This document shows, piece after piece, positions 59,831 to 64,000 of a stretch of 64,000 nt of DNA. The stretch lies in the NCBI RefSeq assembly GCF_964188315.1, contig NC_135673.1, positions 39,866,001 through 39,930,000 on the forward strand, written 5' to 3'. The notes beneath the pieces are model-generated. The model searched no databases. It was not told the DNA's origin and saw only the letters and a program-made list of their open reading frames with translations. How positions within the stretch are numbered: the stretch's first letter is position 1; every line of letters begins with the position of its first letter. The DNA is from Podarcis muralis (Eukaryota). Both the position numbers and the translations under genes were made by a program.

Positions 59831-61979
59831 ATTCCGAAACCGTCTTTTGTTAAATGATCAGAGATGTGAATTCTTAAATCTCGGTCTTATTTTTACAAAT
59901 CGCTGTTACTGTCAGCGCAGAGGGATGTGGAGCGGGCTGGTGATATAAGAGAAGCCGCTGGGGTGATGCTCTTGGCGGTGACTTTCCCGTTATAGGTTCG
60001 GGTGATGGCGAATGCGGGGAGGCTATGGACTGCTGCTGCTGCCGCTGCTTTTTGTCTTTTTATGCAAGCTGGATTTTATACGCGTGTGTGCGGGGGCGGG
60101 TGGGAAGACAGGAGGACAAGAGGATGTTACTGGCTAAAGGTGATGGGTTTTGGGGTGTTTTTTTTTTTGAGGGAGAGCCTTTGTATTAAACAAAAGAGGG
60201 TTGGCTTGAATTGTGTGTGATCTGACTGGCCGTGACGGGCCGGATTTATTGGGTAGCGTTTTGCATAGGACGAAGGAAGCAGTGCTTTGCAGATGACTGT
60301 CTTAAAGGCTTGGCCTGATGAAACGGGGAGATGTGGGTTGAATGATGCGGTGGGTGTGACCTCTTCTTGCATTAGCGTGGGATAGTTGGGGGCAGATTTT
60401 AACTAGGTTTGGGTTGCTCAGTTGTGGAGCCTTCTTCATTTCTGGGCTATGCTAAACTGGAGCTGTGGTGCAAGTGTGCATTTTGCAGACGAGGGATTAT
60501 TTATATTTATTTCTTTAAAATACTTTATTTATTTCAGGCTGTGGGGTTGCAACTGCCAGGGGTCACAGCAGGCACCTCCATAAATAAAGTGCTTTGGGTT
60601 TGATCGTAAATTGTTTCATCTTCAAGCAGCTTAATTTTCATTGTGATCATTTTCCATAAAGTGTTCATTTCTCTTTCTGGCTCCATTTAGATTCCTATAT
60701 ATTGGCTTTTTTCTTTTGGGTGCATCACTCACATCACAATGCCTGGCATCTCCCAATATGACAAATAATTCTTTATTTTTTTTAATTGGAAGGGTGGGAG
60801 ATTTTTGTCTCTGCACAAGCTCTATAATGTCCAGAGCTCACCTGCCCTTTTGTCTCTGCTGTGATGAAAGGGAGCACAGAGGCACTCCTGGGGCAGGAGA
60901 TGGAGCCCTTTGCAAACCAAATTAATTGAATATCTTTTGGCTTGTAGATGGGTTTAATTTGTCTGCAATTCCCTGTTCATTTTAACTAGGGAAAGGACCA
61001 CAGGAACTCCTCGGATTTCTAACCTGCCAGGATGTTTAGAAGAAGGAGCATGCAGTGTAGTACAGCAATTGGGGATGGGGATTCTCTGTCTCTCCAGATA
61101 CTGGACTACATCTCCCATCATCCCTCACCATTGGCCATCTTGGCTGGGGATTATTAGAGTTGGAGTCCAACAATAGCTGGATGGCTAGAGGTTCCACACC
61201 CCATTTTAAATGGATCATCTTTGTGTGTTAAAATAATGTGTTGTACTGCATGATGTTCTAGGGCTGGAATGAATCCAGTTTCTCCAGTTTCAAATATTTA
61301 AAGAGAAGCGACCATAACTCAGTTAGTGAACATTTGCCTTGTATGCAGAAGGTCCCAGATCTTCATCTCTGGCATCTCTAGTTAAAACAAATAATGGGGA
61401 GCAAGTGAATGGAAGACCCCTAGTTGAGGTTCTAGAGGACTGCTGCCAGTCAGAGCAAGCAGTTTGGGGCTAGATGGACAACTAGCTTGTATTAGACAGC
61501 TCCTCATAGCCCTAAATCTGACCTTCAGAGTGCAATATTTCAGTTTGTTCAGTTGGGTGGTATCCACAATTCGTTCTAAGTGTATATCAGAGTGATATAT
61601 ATTTGGCTTGGCATGGTGAGAGTAGGGTCCAGATCCCTGCTCGGATCCATGAAGCTCACTTTGAGGCCTTTGCAGGTCACTTGTAATCTATTCCCCCTCA
61701 AAAGAGCTCTGAAGACAAAATGTGATGACCTCATTTATGCTGCCCTAATAAACATCTTGACTGAGGTTTGGAATGCCAGTGTGATAAAAAGTTAAAAATA
61801 AATGTGCTACACTACGCTTTGCCAACCTGGTGGCTCCCAGTTGTTTTGGGCTACAGCTGGCAGTCAGCGCCAGCCAACCTGGTGAACATCACAGGAGGCT
61901 GCTGGATCAAGTCAATGGCCCATCTGTCTAGTCCAGCATCCTGTCCTCATAGTGAATTCTTTAACAACAATGACATTTC

Positions 61980-62193
61980 TGCCCTACCTTTCCTCCCAAA
62001 GAGCTCAAAGTAGTGGCATGGATGGTTCTCCTGTCCCTCTGTTTTACCTTCTCAATAACCCTGTGAGGTAGGTTATAGGCTGAGAGATGGTGATTGGCCC
62101 AAGGTCACCCAAGTGAGCTTTATGACTGAGTGGGGATTTGAACTCTGGTCTCCCAGGTTCTAGCCCAATACTCCAGCCACTATACCACATTGG
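61980..62193 (-). mobile_element. MIR/CORE-like SINE
   Basis: caataaccctgtgaggtagg...cccaaggtcacccaagtgagc...ggggatttgaactctggtctccc...ccactatacca pattern. Confidence 0.65.
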
Positions 62194-63127
62194 CACAGAT
62201 GCATGTGGGAAGCCCAAATATAGGACCTGGATGTACAAGATCGCTCTCCTATGGTTTCCAGCAACTGAAAGGCAGCACTAGACAACCAGAGAGCTGCATG
62301 TTGAGTCCTCTGTGGTAGACTAATAGGAATCATAGAATGCTAGAGCTAGAAGGGACTGTGAGAATTATCTAGTCCTACCCCCTGCAATGCAAGAATCTCA
62401 ACTAAAGCATCTGTGACAGATGGCCACCCAACCTCTGTTTAAAAACCTCTGAGGAAAGAGAGCCCACCACCTTCTAAGGTGGGCCCTGGTTGTTCCACTT
62501 GTACCTTATTTTGTCCTACCTTTCCACCAAATGCTCCCCAAGGCAATAATAAAAAAGCAAAATAAAACAATAAGGGGCAATAAGATTCCGAGTGAAAACA
62601 GCATAAGAATAAGGCAGGTAAAACAGCAATAAAGTTAATAAAAGTTAATAAAACAACCATACAACATGTCAGTTTAGGTAATTAGCAGCAGGCTAGCCAG
62701 ACACCCCTTGGCTATGAGTTCTTGCACTTGGGAGCAGCTATGAAAATGCCCTCCTACAAGGAAGTTGCCTTATATCAGGTCAGAACATTGTTCCAGAGAG
62801 CTCCAGATTGTCTACTCAGAATGGTAGATGGTTTTCCAGGATTTCAGACCAGGGACATTCCCAGCTCTGCCTGGAGATGCCAGGGATTGAACCTGAGACC
62901 TTCTGCAAGCGAAGCAGATGCTCTGCCACTGAGCTGTGAACCTTCCCTTCAAATGTGCGTCCGGTTGGCAGGACAGGAAGACGGGCCCTTCCCAAGGATC
63001 TGGAAAAGCTTGTATGAGAAAATGCACTGTTTCAGACAACCTGTTCCATTCTGTGCAATGCTTTGTAGGTCAGAACCAGCAAAGAGACTGAAAACAGACT
63101 GATAGCCAGAGAAAATTGTTGTGACAT

Positions 63128-63128
<1 letters not shown>

Positions 63129-63162
<34 letters not shown>
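63129..63162. repeat. (GT)n microsatellite
   Basis: Direct reading of the sequence. Confidence 0.95.
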
Positions 63163-63163
<1 letters not shown>

Positions 63164-63514
63164 ACATGCTCCCTGTAAAGGCACTTAAGTGGAAGACCAC
63201 AGTGAGAAGGCTTCTTGGGACTGCAGAACATGCTACTGCCAATCCACATGGCTAATGCCTGGCATCTGGGTGGCCTCAGACAGAAGAGGTTGCTGGATTA
63301 GATGGGCCATTTGCCTGACCCAACAGGAGTCTTCTTATGTTCTTAAGTTTAAGGCAGCTTCTTACCCAGGTTGCCTGATTTCCAAAGCACCACCAACTAA
63401 GATTTTTTTTTAAAAAAATAAAAAAATAAAAACAACAGCAATTCATCTGCTCAGCTGGTTTGAATTTTTAAAAGAAAGCTGCAGCTTCTTTTAAATTAAC
63501 CTAGCTGCTAGCCT

Positions 63515-63870
63515 GGGACGTGGGTGGCGCTGTGGGTAAAACTTCAGTGCCTAGGACTTGCCGATCGTATGGTCGGCGGTTCGAATCCCCACGGCAGGGT
63601 GAGCTCCCGTCGTTTGGTCCCAGCTCCTGCCCACCTAGCAGTTCGAAAGCACCCTTAAGTGCAAATAGATAAATAGGGACCGCTTACTAGCGGGAAGGTA
63701 AACGGCGTTCCGTGTGCTGCACTGGCTCGCCAGATGCAGCTTGTCACGCTGGCCACGTGACCCGGAAGTGTCTTCGGACAGCACCGGCTCCCGGCCTCTA
63801 GAGTGAGATGGGCGCACAACCCCAGAGTCTGGCAAGACTGGCCCGTACGGGCAGGGGTACCTTTACCTTT
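63515..63870 (+). mobile_element. Sauria-type SINE with 16-bp TSD
   Basis: TSD acctagctgctagcct on both sides. Confidence 0.93.
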
Positions 63871-64000
63871 ACCTAGCTGCTAGCCTAGGGAAACGCAGCA
63901 ATCCCCATGTACTCAAGCCGTTCTGTCCACAGCCATAACAAACGCAAGATCCCTAGTCACCCTTCTGCCACATGACATGCAAAGGGCTGGCTCAAGACAT

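Overview
This is eukaryotic (vertebrate) DNA, not prokaryotic. Nine Sauria-type SINEs, L2 LINEs, a Bov-B fragment and hAT/Tigger/mariner elements point to a squamate reptile, probably a lacertid lizard (inference from repeat sequences). The ORF track is mostly uninformative because the genes are spliced; I rebuilt exons by hand from splice sites and reading frame. Gene order: a 5-exon, 199-aa secreted Reeler-domain gene with a GPI-like tail (+, 3215-9055); NDUFA1 (-, 3 exons, 15459-11367) head-to-head with UPF3B (+, 10 coding exons, 16692-27672, 482 aa); RPL39 (+, 3 exons, 36268-39319) hosting snoRNA SNORA69; intronless SOWAHD (-, 47085-46060); and the first coding exon of SEPTIN6 (+, 59432-59461). 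This matches the human Xq24 block, but no RNF113A is present. There is no CRISPR array, rRNA or convincing tRNA. The most notable observations: (1) a seven-copy, ~81-bp-period array of ZNF143-type motifs in the NDUFA1/UPF3B bidirectional promoter; (2) three possible routes to nonsense-containing UPF3B transcripts (GC donor with a competing GT 4 nt away, inverted SINEs around exons 5-6, and a stop-containing alternative acceptor), which would suggest feedback on an NMD factor; (3) the Reeler/GPI gene; (4) a TATA-led, very basic 142-aa ORF lying between the two termini of a TIR transposon. None of these can be shown to be novel or functional without database and expression checks.
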